DNA of 64,000 nt from Eledone cirrhosa (lineage: Eukaryota): contig OZ024757.1 of NCBI GenBank assembly GCA_964016885.1, positions 11,842,001-11,906,000 of the forward strand, written 5' to 3'. Position 1 is the stretch's first letter; every line of letters starts with the position of its first letter. Below are positions 12,301-23,254 of the stretch, piece after piece. Position numbers and translations under genes: made by a program. The notes beneath the pieces are model-generated. The model made no database searches and was not told the origin of the DNA. It saw only the letters and a program-made list of their open reading frames with translations.

Positions 12301-12552
12301 AGAAATAGAGGTAGACATAGATTGTTTGTCATTGATATTGATGAAATACATTCAACTGTGGATGTAAAGAAAGAAATAAACATACCCGAGTTCATCAAAG
12401 ACATAGAATATAGATATGATAGAAGTCCCACCTCTGATATTGTAGTTAATGTTAAGAATGAGATTATATTTCACAATGGTAGATATATCACTTTCTTCAG
12501 ATATAAAACTGGTTATTTACATGCCCACAGACAATATTATTACATACCATGA
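9325..12552 (+). CDS. N-terminal 1075-aa segment of a giant tandem beta-propeller (NHL-repeat-like) protein
   Basis: 3.2-kb ORF in AT-rich DNA with recurring blade-like motifs PRSIAIGPDDRVLV, PADITV, ATDICRWGSSQLAVTLP and PKHICRWGSNTLVIT. These resemble the NHL-like propellers of molluscan TRIM-like proteins; the fold is inferred. Confidence 0.7.
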   Translation: MEAAEIDIVEDQIISTQLPQVVYDREDLVIPLQKTDIRENKSKVKVLTEIPLKDITVPCQILYTPVPPVVDTVKLTVEDTVEYYSLPLKYIVPIKNGTMSYIPRVLTLKYTPPTGCCRMVLCQSVVTDIDRFNQNVVIATLPFDNQIPFFSPSSVAIKTLEVGFHKISYYKDSRFLGFKLLEKKIYMVNWIEKTYTEQFEVKHEPRSIAIGPDDRVLVIFYNLTVIICYDLNGHKLFQFHLHSKDIPADITVFRNYFYVFQGQIIYKISSIGGLSQKDIGINTQYITFDLNNMFVSDVSGQIYCFKTKRFWPKMSYYQKTQTPCLNDKIIIEYPNKIYEILPMSRSSVLVVYRDLKAILYTYSATELCRGKELIFKSKPSRFCRIDYSKFLVLFNKTRTIQHITCPELKEGHRYCLDKNYIQICDVVLDRFIALTTGGMNEVHKLKIEEDKVECEILKSLEHGDVSIATTPTYFVILDKKYRKLIFHSSFGEEELFETYFDFNSRPYHIYSDTFYLYVIFPTLSIMACYDIYGEYKWKLKLPVASRFCNGICEGTIYLFDHNLGSILVYNCESSICHLKKLNPYIRNPTIRHKEKDDNKIAIAETCYLPNGQLVVSDINNSCLLYISKKEGEEIKVLSTLYLPSVATDICRWGSSQLAVTLPLEKELRLIGNLSKTVRMISLNHPYVQIRKFGEGRIVGYCDNKPNYIDIVSVQKHNQGEVMSRVPIPCQINSLAIDNDTLNIFMVTKKKIFMYETISKKGQRGILNRPSPISEPNFKPLSDLYGGCIDNTCHYLIDKDGVLAINRHNSVMVDLVTRKQSNMFIDMVDVFSRNICVSEMFSSTLYLQDLTVSDKAKIFSPPPCLEDTEPVGGGSGGYGDEEKGLVVVTENNLIALYDSNNNNIKILTFDGQIVDFIKLNNNLPKHICRWGSNTLVITTDTDKLLTLEVEFPLYLVSYKTDHSYYGIASLLDNQLVCSSVERYIDRYRDRYIGRNRGRHRLFVIDIDEIHSTVDVKKEINIPEFIKDIEYRYDRSPTSDIVVNVKNEIIFHNGRYITFFRYKTGYLHAHRQYYYIP

Positions 12553-14567
12553 AACACCTATATAACATCAGATGACAATTATTTGTACATTTATGGATAG
12601 TGGAGATTATATAACTACTTTAATGACAGAGATTACCAGATTGTTTGTTTGTCACAGACTGGTAAATACAGGGAAATATTTTTAAATAAAAGACATTATA
12701 GACATGACATATGTTTCACCAATATTAACTGTAAAGGTCCAAGGTTTGTTGGATATGACTGGAGGAGAAAGTGTTTATATGTTGAAGGTTTATATGAACT
12801 TAATAGGGAAACATTCCCTGTTTGCCGTGTAAAAACAGACCAAAGCTCTGTTGAAATAAAAGATATGGACATCACTGATGATGGACAAACAGTTGTCTAT
12901 GAAATAACCAATTATGGTAATGTTAAAATATTTCAGAGAGATGGGGAACTGTTATGTCACAGAAATGTTGAAACTTTAGTTGGTGGCGTCTGTTTTACAG
13001 TAGGAGGTTTTATTATGGTTACACTTCCTAATGAATATCAATTAATTCAACTAAAGAAGGAAGATTTGACAGAATATCATGTTTGGTCCAGTTCTCTACC
13101 TTATGGTGTTATATCGAGGATAAAAGAAAATATTTACTTCTGTCGACATATCAACTTGACAGAATATCATATGATAAAGATTGTTGACAACAAACTGAAT
13201 GTTCTGGAACATGGGACATTACATCTGGATTATCATCTGCCTCAAGCAAGATGTACTACTACTACTTCAGCTGAAATAATTAACAATTTACTAGAGGTGA
13301 GACGTGGTAATTACAAGGCAGAGTGTATCTCAGGAAATGATGAAATATCAGTGAGATTTTTACCACATGTTATGAACATGTCTTATCTTTCCTATCCCAT
13401 GTATTCTGACATATCTAAATATACTGAGAGATGTCAGATTGATGAGAGGAAATATTTTGAGGAATATAGGAGGGACATGATCAACTACAGTAAACTAATT
13501 ATGTTACATGACAATGTGGCAGTGTTCATGTTGAGGAATATTCTCACAGTAACAACAACAGAAGGTAAAATAATCCATGGCAAAATATTACCAGAAACAC
13601 CAATAGACATTTGCAGATGGTCAGATAATTGTTTTATTCTCCTTTACTATCATAAAATGGTGATTTACAGAGAAAATATTTCTCACATTAAAAAGGTGAA
13701 ACTTGGGAAATACTACAGCCATATCTATAAAAAGAATGGCAACCAACTTGTGTGTAGTTATGATGGTGATAGACGTATGTTTAAATATAACAGTGAGGTA
13801 TATGGTGGTGATGATGATATGTTTAAATATAACAGTGAGGTATATGGTGGTGGTGGTGGTGGTGGTATGTTTAAATATGACCCTGGGCACTCTCCTTATG
13901 TAGATATAGTTGATATCTACAGTGGAACAGTGAAATACAGTGTTGAAGTCTCTGTTAGAGACGAGGATATGGTGGCGGAGTTGGAGAGGGTGAGGGGGGA
14001 GCAGGGGAGGGTGAGGGGGGCGATGGAGAGGGTGGAGGTAGAGATCGAGAGGTTGAGGAGGGACAATGAGAAGATGAAGGAGGTCCATGACAGGTTAAAG
14101 AGGGAGGATGACAGGTTAAAGAAGGAGGATGACGGGTTAAAGGAGGAGGTAGGCAGGTTAAGGGAGGAGGTAGTGTTGGAGGAGAGAGTCTTAGTTGGTG
14201 TCACATCAAATGAAGATATTGTTGTTGTCAGGTTAGGGGGAGGGGGTGGCACTCTTATATCTGTTGGTACAGAGAAGAACAGTTAGTCAGGACATTAGAA
14301 ACTCCACAACTACTAGCATATTATATATATAAGAGACTATATCTCACAACACATGGTGAAAATATTTATATATCACGACCACCACACTATAGACACCCTA
14401 CCATTATCTACCAAGTATCTGTAGACAGTAACCTCCAAGTAATTCTCAGTAAAGAAGATTCTGGAGTTTACTGCGTTAATGGCCTCCAAATCTCTGACAA
14501 GTTTATCACAGTTTTTGGACATCTTGCAACAGAGGAACATTTTGTTTTCTTTCAATATGAGAGATAA
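12553..14567 (+). pseudogene. Continuation of the beta-propeller coding sequence (stop TAG 12598-12600 after TGA 12550-12552; -1 frameshift at G-run 14236-14246; final TAA 14565-14567)
   Basis: 12649 is in the same frame as 9325. The segment contains VGGVCFTVGGFIMVTLP and PIDICRWSDNCFIL. After the G-run a shifted frame reads WHSYICWYREEQLVRTL...HFVFFQYER* (107 codons). Confidence 0.65.
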
Positions 14568-14589
14568 ATATTTTCATACTTTACACACT

Positions 14590-15322
14590 TGTTGGTGGTG
14601 GTGTTGTTAGTGTTGCTGGTGGTTGTGGTGGTGGTGTGGTGTTGTTGTTGTTGGTGTGGTGGTTGTGTTGTTGTTGTTGGTGGTGGTGGTGTTGTTGGTA
14701 GTGTTGTGGTGGTGTTGTTGTTGTTTGTGGTGGTGGTGGTATGGGTGGTGTTGTTGATGGTGGTGGTGGTGTTGTTGTTGGTGGGGGGTGGGGGCGTTGT
14801 TGGTGGTGTTGTTATTGGTGATGGTGGTGGGGTTTTGTTTTTGGTGGTGGTGTTGTTGTTATTCCAGCTGTTGTTGTTGTTCCAGTTGTTATTCCGTTGT
14901 TGTTGTTCCAGCTGTTGTTGTTATTCCAGTTGTTGTTGTTATTCCAGTTGTTGTTGTTGTCCCAGTTGTTGTTGTTGTTGTTGTTCCGGTGTTGTTGTTG
15001 CTCCAGTTGTTGTTGTTGTTCCAGTTGTTGTTGTTATTCCAGTTGTTGTTGTTATTCCAGTTGTTTTTGTTATCCCAGGTCATGTTGCTATTCCAGTTGT
15101 TGTTGTTGTTATTCCAGTTGTTGTTGTTATTCCAGTTTTTATTGTTATTCCAGTTGTTGTTGTTATCCCAGTTGTTGTTGCTATTCCAGTTGTTGTTGTT
15201 GTTATTCCAGTTGTTGTTATTCCAGTTGTTGTTATTCCAGTTGTTGTTGTTATTCCAGTTGTTGTTGTTATCCCAGTTGTTCTTGTTGTTATTCCAGTTC
15301 TTGTTGTTGTTGTTATTCCAGT
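14590..15322. repeat. (GTT/GGT)n microsatellite grading into an ~18-bp ATTCCAGTTGTTGTTGTT minisatellite
   Basis: Direct inspection. Confidence 0.95.
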
Positions 15323-18019
15323 TGAGCACTCTACTGACTTATATTCATCATGCAGAAACATCTGAATATTTCTACAAAGAACATACCCGTACCAAGCAGG
15401 AAAACATACCTAAAACTCCTGATACAGAAAACAGACGCGTTCATTAAAAGATTGCGTTGGCGTGCCTTTTATTTCGATAATCCGCGAAAAGCAGACAACA
15501 AACAGGATAAATTTGGATTTAAAACCTATAATAACCCCCGTGGAACCCAGCATTGCTACCCTTCGAAAATGATGTCTTCGAACTCATTCGGAGTATCAAA
15601 TTTCGGAATAGGAGCAATTCCTTCCAGCAAGACCTGAAGAATAGAATTCGTTCTATTAAGGATTCTAACGCCGTGCACGTCCATTCCGACAAAACTGGCA
15701 ACCTATATCAAGTGGAGCGCAGTACTTACCATCAACTACTACATAATGCTGTAACTAAGGATTACCGTAAAACTAATCGGTGCGTCATCAATGAAATCAA
15801 CGATGCTGGGTTTAAAATCACATCTGATCTCAACATCCTGGACCGGACCGAAACGCTGGACCCTATTTATCCCCACTTTACCCTGAAGGATCAGAAATCC
15901 AATTTTCCGAACAACCCCTCTATTCGGCTTATTAACCCTACGAAGTCCGATTTAGGTAGACTTAGTAAAACGATTCTTGATAGAATTATACCTGAAATTA
16001 GAAGTTTGGCCCCTCTCGCACTGTGGAACAATTCTTTCGCGGTGATTGATTGGTTCAACGGCATATGTAACAAGGAACATTGCCGTTTTATCCAATTCGA
16101 CATCAACAATTACTACTCCTCCATTACTTTACGACTTCTCCTTAGAGCTATCAATTTCGCTAAAACACTCACAGCGGTTAAGGATTTCGAAGTTGATGTC
16201 ATCCTTAATGCCCGAAAGTCGGTGATTAATTTCGACGACTCTATTTGGATTAAAAAATCCAATAGTACCCCATTCGACGTGAGTATGGGCGCCAGTGACT
16301 CTGCGGAGGTTACTGATCTTATTGGCCTTTTCCTTCTTTTATCTATCAAGGACGAATTCCCCAACACGGGCGGTGGTTTGTACCGTGACGATGGTCTTTT
16401 GACCATGACTAAGTGCGGACCTCGTGCTTGCGACAGGTTCAGAAAAGAACTCACAGCCTTCTTTAAAGGCTTCAACCTCTCTATACAGGTTGAGGCCAAT
16501 CTCTCGGTCGTTAATTACCTCGACGTTACCCTCAATTTATTGAATGGGTTGTAATACCCGTATAGAAAGCCGAATGATACGCTTAATTACATAAGTAAGC
16601 ATTCCAACCATCCCGCCAGCATAACCAAGAACCTGGTAAGAAACGTTTCGTTGGGGCTTTCCCGTCTTTCCACCAACGAGCGCATTTTCATATGACCATT
16701 CCACTTATTACAATGAAGCTCTTGCTCGAAGTGGATTTGTCGATAAGGTAGCATATACAGAGTACGAAAATAGACCTAGAAGAAATAGATCCCGTCGCAT
16801 TTGTTGGTTTAACCCACCATATAATATGGAGGTGGCCACACCATTAGCTAAGATCTTTCTTTCCCTTATTACGAAGCATTTTCCCCCTACACATAAATAT
16901 AGTAAAATTTTTAATAGAAATACTATTAAAATGTCTTACTCTAAGACTCCTAACCTTGCACATAACATCGCAGCTTCAAATTTAGCTAAACTACCTAGCC
17001 GTAGGAACACGTGCAACCCTGTAGTTAGTACTAACTGTAATTGTAGGAATCGGGCTGATTGCCCCCTATCCGGGAAATGCCTCTCTAGTAACATTGTCTA
17101 CAAATGTAAGGTTGTAACACCCACGTCCCGTAGGGCCTACGTAGGGTTAACCGCCAATAGTTTCAAGCAGCGTCTTTACATGCATACCCATTCTTTTCGT
17201 TACCCTCTAAGAAGGAATATGACATCACTTTCAGCTTATATCTGGAGTCTAAAAGACAACCACACCCAATATAAGTTACACTGGGAGATCCTAGCTAGGG
17301 CTAGATCGTATAACGGAAATAAAAGACCATGTGCCCTCTGCGCCGCTGAGGCCCTGGAAATACTCTACGCCACAGACCACATCTTAAACAAAAAATCTGA
17401 GGCAATTTCGGCTTGTAAACATAAATTGCACAAAACTTTCCTGTATTACAGCCCCACGGATAGTACGATAGTGGGAGCTAAGTATATGTTTTGTTTATTT
17501 CTTTACTTATTTGCATAGGTAAGTATATATTACCTGTATGTTTTGTGAAGGTTGTATACCTTCTCGTACGTATATTTGATTGTTATGGCGTATAATTTTT
17601 ATATATTCTGGTATTTACGGTTTGGCTATGTGTATACGGGAGTTTTGCGTCTGCGTGAGTATGCAGGTTCGTACGTATGGTGGGTGTGTGTATATGTGTA
17701 CTTCTTGTTTTAGTTGACTTACGTCTCCGAACATTCGTGTATTTATATGTAGGTATGTGTGGGCGCTTGTTATATACGTATTTATTTACTTATATACGTT
17801 TATATAATTATTTATTTATTTGTACGCAAGCATACACACACACACACATATTTATATGTGCGTGGTTGTATACCTATGGTAAGGCTTTGCGTATGCTTGT
17901 GTATGTACGTATTTGTTTGCGTGTATGTATTTATTTATTTCTATTACTTCTGTATTGTATTTATTTACTTTGTTCTTAACTCTGTAGCGGAGATTCATTT
18001 GGTCTCCTAGTTAGAATTT

Positions 18020-18283
18020 TAGTCTACGACTTCTGCTATACCATTTACGTGGGTTTGTCTTTGCGTGCTATTGTTCTCCACGCTCCACATATGACTTATT
18101 ATCTTCGTTTTTCATTCATTGCCAGAGAACGTCTCTATGCGCCACCTAAGAGAACATTAGTCTACGACCTCTTTTATACCTAAACGTGGTTCTGTCTTTG
18201 CGCGTAATTGTTTTTCCCCGCTCCTTTTAATGACGTATTATTCGTTTTTTCCCGTTCTTTGCCAGCGAACGTTTCCACGAACC
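18020..18283 (+). repeat. Diverged ~138-bp tandem duplication in the Penelope 3' region
   Basis: Both units begin tagtctacgac and share tgtctttgcg..attgtt..cgctcc..ttgccag.gaacgt. Confidence 0.8.
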
Positions 18284-18346
18284 AAAGTATTGTCTTCCTG
18301 TCTTCCTCCGGTTGCAACGTTTTTTGTAATATCCAGTTCTGCGTTT

Positions 18347-18422
18347 ACAGATTGACTTTGTTAGTTTCAGAAGATCCCGTTAAGGGTGAAAGCAGCGATT
18401 CTTTGCTTAAACTTTAATCTGT
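18347..18422 (+). ncRNA. Hammerhead ribozyme-like motif (type I, variant core CAGAAGA) in the Penelope pLTR
   Basis: Stem I AGTTT/AAACT plus distal ACAGATTGA/TTAATCTGT; CAGAAGA; stem II CCC-GTTAA-GGG; GAAA; stem III GCA..TGC; CUU triplet at 18406-18408. Confidence 0.65.
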
Positions 18423-18520
18423 TATTTTAATAAATATTTGCTCTACGGTTCTTATATATTTGATATATATTTATCCTTATCGAGCCCTCTTTGGATTTTA
18501 GTCTTCAATTTTATTATTAT

Positions 18521-18551
<31 letters not shown>

Positions 18552-18583
18552 CGTACGTAATTATATATATATATAGTTACGTA

Positions 18584-18630
<47 letters not shown>

Positions 18631-19700
18631 CGGAATATTATGTGTGGTTGTAACGACAAGTGGATGGATGGATGTAACTGTTGGTATGGTGGTTTCGGTG
18701 TAAATAAAATACCAGGAGTGTTGTTACAAAGTTTATTTTATTACAACAATATTCAATTTGAATATTGAATGATAAAATAATTGACACAAAATATTCATAC
18801 AATAATTTGGTGGGTCTTCGAGCCACGTAAATTCAAATATCACAGAATACGATTATAATATGTGTAAACAGAAATGAATGGTGCGTGTACAAATGCTGGA
18901 CTCACTATGAATGCGTGTGTGCGGCGTATCAGTATATTTACTTATTTGTATTGCAGGAGTCAGCGATCAGACAGGAAGGTGAGAATAAATGGCAGACTGG
19001 TTTTTCGTGACGAGAGCTTGTAAATGAGATTCGTCTTGTCTGTATCTCACTTCTTTTCTATTTTTGGCGTAAACCATCCCTGTCTTTATAAGAGTTGAAG
19101 TTAGAAGGATAGATATATCCTCTGAACTTTGGTTAGTCTCCCAAGTTTGCCAAGTGTAAACAAGTCAGGAAGATGGATATATCCTCTGGCCTATTTTCTG
19201 TCAGGCGTAAACACCTCTGACCTGTGTTTAGCCTCTCCCAAGGGGTTAGTCTCCTGAGCGTAAACAAGTTCCAACGGCTTGTCCCAGAGGCGGGAAAGCT
19301 CAGATTCGGGTTCGAATCTTCGCCGCCGTTATAAACCGGCAACTTTACGAAATCAACCTATTGTATTAAAATAGATTTGATATTAATAATAATAAAGATA
19401 TGTGTAGAGAAGGAGAGAAGGGGGAATATATTGTAGACTACGAGGAAGGATAGGTGAGGAAGATGAGAAAGAAATAGAGGATAATAAAGAGGGATGAGGG
19501 AGTAGAGAGGATAGAAATTAATCAAGAATATATGGATGTGGAGAGGAGAAAATTAATATACGGATATGAAGAATAGAGAGAATAGAAAAATTAACAGACG
19601 GATGAATATATATTACTATGTAAAATAGTTAGTTTGAGATATATTTTATTATTAATTTTCTATGCCCTAGGGACCACATTAGGCGATTTAGCGATCTCTC

Positions 19701-20375
19701 TCTATACTTCTTAGTCTTTTTAGATAGATACATACATATAACGTCGCGCCCTTATAATATCTGTCTGTATGTCTGGCTGTCTGCATTACGTCACTTCCCT
19801 GACAATGTCTGTCTGTGATTTTGAATCCCTAAAACTCGAAGTACCCAACCGATTTTTTTCAAACTTTACATGTGTATTACTTATGTTTCAGGGAGTGTTA
19901 TGCACATAAAATATTCAACTGCGTTTTTTAACATTTTTAGGGGGTTTTTGAGGCGTTACGTCAGACCGATTTCCTTGAAATTGTACCTATGTATTAGTCA
20001 GTCTCTTCTTCATACCGTAAGCAAAGAAAATCCAACTCTATTATGGCCGTGGGCCCGCATTAGGTGAAAAACTTCATTTTTTCAGCCTCTTAGGGCTTCT
20101 TCGAGGCGTTACGTCTAGCCGATTGTCTCGAAATTTCAAGGCATATTATGCATATTAAAAAAATTCATTTTCTTGATCCCTAGGGCCCGCATTAGGGGAA
20201 AACCTGCATTTTTCCAGCTTCATCGAGGAAAATCTTAAAGATTATCCAGCCATCAGAGATCTTGGTTTATTTTCTTTACATATTGTCCAGGCATGCAGTT
20301 TTTCCACGATTATGTCTGTTGGCGGCCCGCGTTCCAAAATACCTTATCCCGTGCAACGCCGGGTACCACTGCTAG
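19701..20375 (+). mobile_element. Non-autonomous Helitron-like element
   Basis: 3' hairpin CCCG-TGCAACGC-CGGG followed by CTAG|T at 20372-20376; internal (TCTG)n and repeated (A/G)CCGATT..AAA.TT motifs. The 5' boundary is uncertain (TCTATACT at 19701). Confidence 0.6.
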
Positions 20376-20829
20376 TATATATATATATATATGTATATAA
20401 AAGGGTCTTAACGTTTACTCGACAACCACTTCAACACCTATTGATAAGGTGAGCATGCACGTCAGATTTTTATCCTCACCAGAAGATGAGATAGTGACAT
20501 TTGTAAACACACAATCCCCATACCCTGGGGAAGAATGCAACTCCCATAATAGCCCAGTAGTTAGTGACTTCATGGAATGACCAAATGAGGTTTATTTTTC
20601 AACATAGTCCATGGAAGGAAACAATGCAGTTATAAATAAGAAAAGTTGAAATTAATGCAGGCAAGATTTCACAGAACTAGCACCATGCTATCATTGATAG
20701 TCTATGAACTGTTCAGCCAACCTTTGTAACATGGAAATGCCTTTATGAAAGATTATTGAATGAGGATAATGCATGGAAAGAAGATAGTCTGGAAAGTGGG
20801 CCCAACAGAGGGTCGAGCCATACAAGTAA

Positions 20830-23005
20830 GCAGTAGTGTAGTAAGGTAATTAAGGATATGAAGACAGAGAAAGTATCTTGTCCATTGGTGATAGTTGCTG
20901 AAATACTGAAAGTATCTGGGATGGTGGGTCACATCGTAACCACTGGTATCGTACAGCAAGTAATACAAAATGGTGTAATACCAAATAAATGGTGGAGTAT
21001 CATCATCATCAACTGCTACAAGGGCAAAGGAGATGTACTAGAGCTAGAAAACTATAAAGACATTAGATGGACCAGTTCATGAAGGTGTTAGAGTTATAAC
21101 ACAGCAGATTAGGGACCAAGTTAACATAGATGAGAGGAAGGATTTGTGCCAGGTAAAAGTACCACTCATGTCCTCTTCCTTGTGTGGCAACTGCAAGAGT
21201 AGTACCTAGCTAAAATAAGCCCCTCTACTTGGTATTTGTTGACCCAGAGAGAACTTCTGTGAGACTTCCCCGTTCCCTAATATGGTGTGTAGAAAACTAG
21301 GGGTGTATGAGTGGCTTGTGAGAGCAGTGAAAGCTATGTATGGAGGAGCAGTCAGTAAGGTTAAAAGTAATGATGGCTATAGTGAGGAGTTGAGTGAGCA
21401 AGTCTATCAGGGCTCTGTTATTAACCCTCTTCTCTTTATTATCATCCTGCAGGCTATTGCATAAGAATTTAAGACTGGCTGTCCATGGGAACTCCTGTAT
21501 GCACATGATTGAACCCTTGTCACTTAATCTATCGTAAAATTAGAGGAGAAATTCCAAACCTGGAAGCCTGACCTAGAAGGAAAATGTTTTAAAGTTAACT
21601 TGGCAAAATAGAAAGGAAAACAGGGTCTATATCCCCTCAAGAAAATGGCTTTGCTCAGTCTAAAGGAAAGGAGTAGGTAGAACTTCCAAACTATGGATAA
21701 ACAAGAGATGTAGTTGGATCTCAGTGAGGTTAGCAAAAGAATGTAAGTTTTGTATGTGCTTGATGCACAAGAGCAATAAGTAGCAGCAGCTCACAAAAAA
21801 ATAAGCTACTTTAACCCTTTAGCATTTACATTACTCTTTATATACTATTGTATTTTTGTGGTAAAGGCTTTATCTTTCATAATTATCTCACATAATATCG
21901 AATCTATGAGATTTTGATATTATTTATATTGAGAACAATACCTTAACGTCTGTATGATTGGCCAATTATAGCCGGTTTGAACAGAAAGATGTGAGAGTAT
22001 TCTGGTTGGATATGGCTGGTTTAAATGCTAAAGGGTCAAATGTCCAGAAGGCTCTGTAGAAACTGGTTCATAATTTCTGTTAACTTAATTAACCAAATTA
22101 ACAGTGGAGGTGGGTGTTCTGAAGGTACAGTAGCCTGAGTGAGAATGGGATGGAAACAGTTTAGGGAGCTACTACTACTGCTGCCTACAAAATGATTTTC
22201 CCTGAAAGTGAAAGGCAGATTGTATGAAGTCTGTGTACGAACAGCAATGTTACATTGAAGTGAGACCAGGGCAATATATTCAGAGGACTTATAAAGACTG
22301 GAAAGAAACTAAGTTTAGAGGATCTGATAGATGTGTAATAGTGTGCATGAACAACAAGCATTAATAAACTGAGAGAGAAACTAGGCATAAGACAGGTCAG
22401 ATGCAGTGTAGAGGAGAGGAGATTGTGGTGGTTTGGACATGTGATGTATATGGAAGATGACAGCTGTATAAAAAGGTACAGGGTTATCAAAGTCGATATT
22501 AACTATGAAAGGGGAAGACCTAGGAAAGCTTGGGATGAAATAATAAAAGTTCACCTTGCCCATTTAAACCTCTCAATGGCAATGTCACAGGATCGTGACC
22601 TCTGGCGTCATGCTGTATTGTAGAAGACCCCACCCTCCCATGTGCTGAAAATGAAATAAAACAAATATGTAGAGAACGCACTAGTCTGCACCAATCTTCT
22701 CATCACCCCTCCTCATTCATAAGACCCTACCCTCACCTGCTAAATATCCCACATACCTCATTGATGCTACAACAATAAAAACACCCAGTTCATCCTGTAA
22801 GGTGGTCATACAAAAGTGTGCAGTCCACATTGTAACGTGTTTCGTGTAAAGGACATCCAGCCTTAGAAACCAAACCAAAATACACATCCATATGAGACCT
22901 GGTCTCCACACCTGACATGTCTCATAACGTGACAACCTGTTTAACCCATGCATGTGTGATAAAAATGAACGTTAAATGATAATGTTGAAGATGATGATGA
23001 TGATA
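20830..23005 (+). mobile_element. Degraded RTE LINE (RT region to 3' tail) interrupted by a MITE
   Basis: IIINCYKGKGD, QGSVINPLLF and WWFGHVMYM match the 25700-27184 ORF; (GAT)n tail near 22990-23005. Confidence 0.85.
21815..22035. mobile_element. piggyBac-type MITE
   Basis: 14-bp TIRs CCCTTTAGCATTTA / TAAATGCTAAAGGG flanked by TTAA and TCAA; the RTE sequence resumes after it. A partial inverted copy lies at ~37770-37911 (..CTAAAGGG TTAA). Confidence 0.8.
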
Positions 23006-23131
23006 TATATAAACAAACGTAGCGTAGTAAAGTACCAAGGGAGACAACTCCAACTTTGATCAATTTAAATCCCATGTTAGTATGTTTGAGCAGACTTATA
23101 ATTAAAGTTGTTCCAGCCGTGACTATCATGT

Positions 23132-23171
<40 letters not shown>

Positions 23172-23223
23172 CTAAATGAAAAGTATAGAAATTATTGTAG
23201 CAAGAAGCTAACAGTATTCCATA

Positions 23224-23254
<31 letters not shown>

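Larger units (their letters stand above)
15350..18515 (+). mobile_element. Penelope-like retroelement: RT plus C-terminal GIY-YIG endonuclease, disrupted ORF, with 3' pLTR-like region
   Basis: RT motifs FDINNYYSSI, MGASDS and YRDDGL; HSNHP; WFNPPY; CNCRNRADCPL linker; IVY..YVG (GIY-YIG). Frameshift near 15545, stop at 16552, frameshift near 16690. Hammerhead-like motif near the 3' end. Confidence 0.92.

Noticed and set aside
14589-15447. Long Val/Cys/Leu/Asn/Thr-rich ORFs on both strands
   Set aside because: By-products of the (GTT)n / 18-bp minisatellite, which is open in several frames at once.
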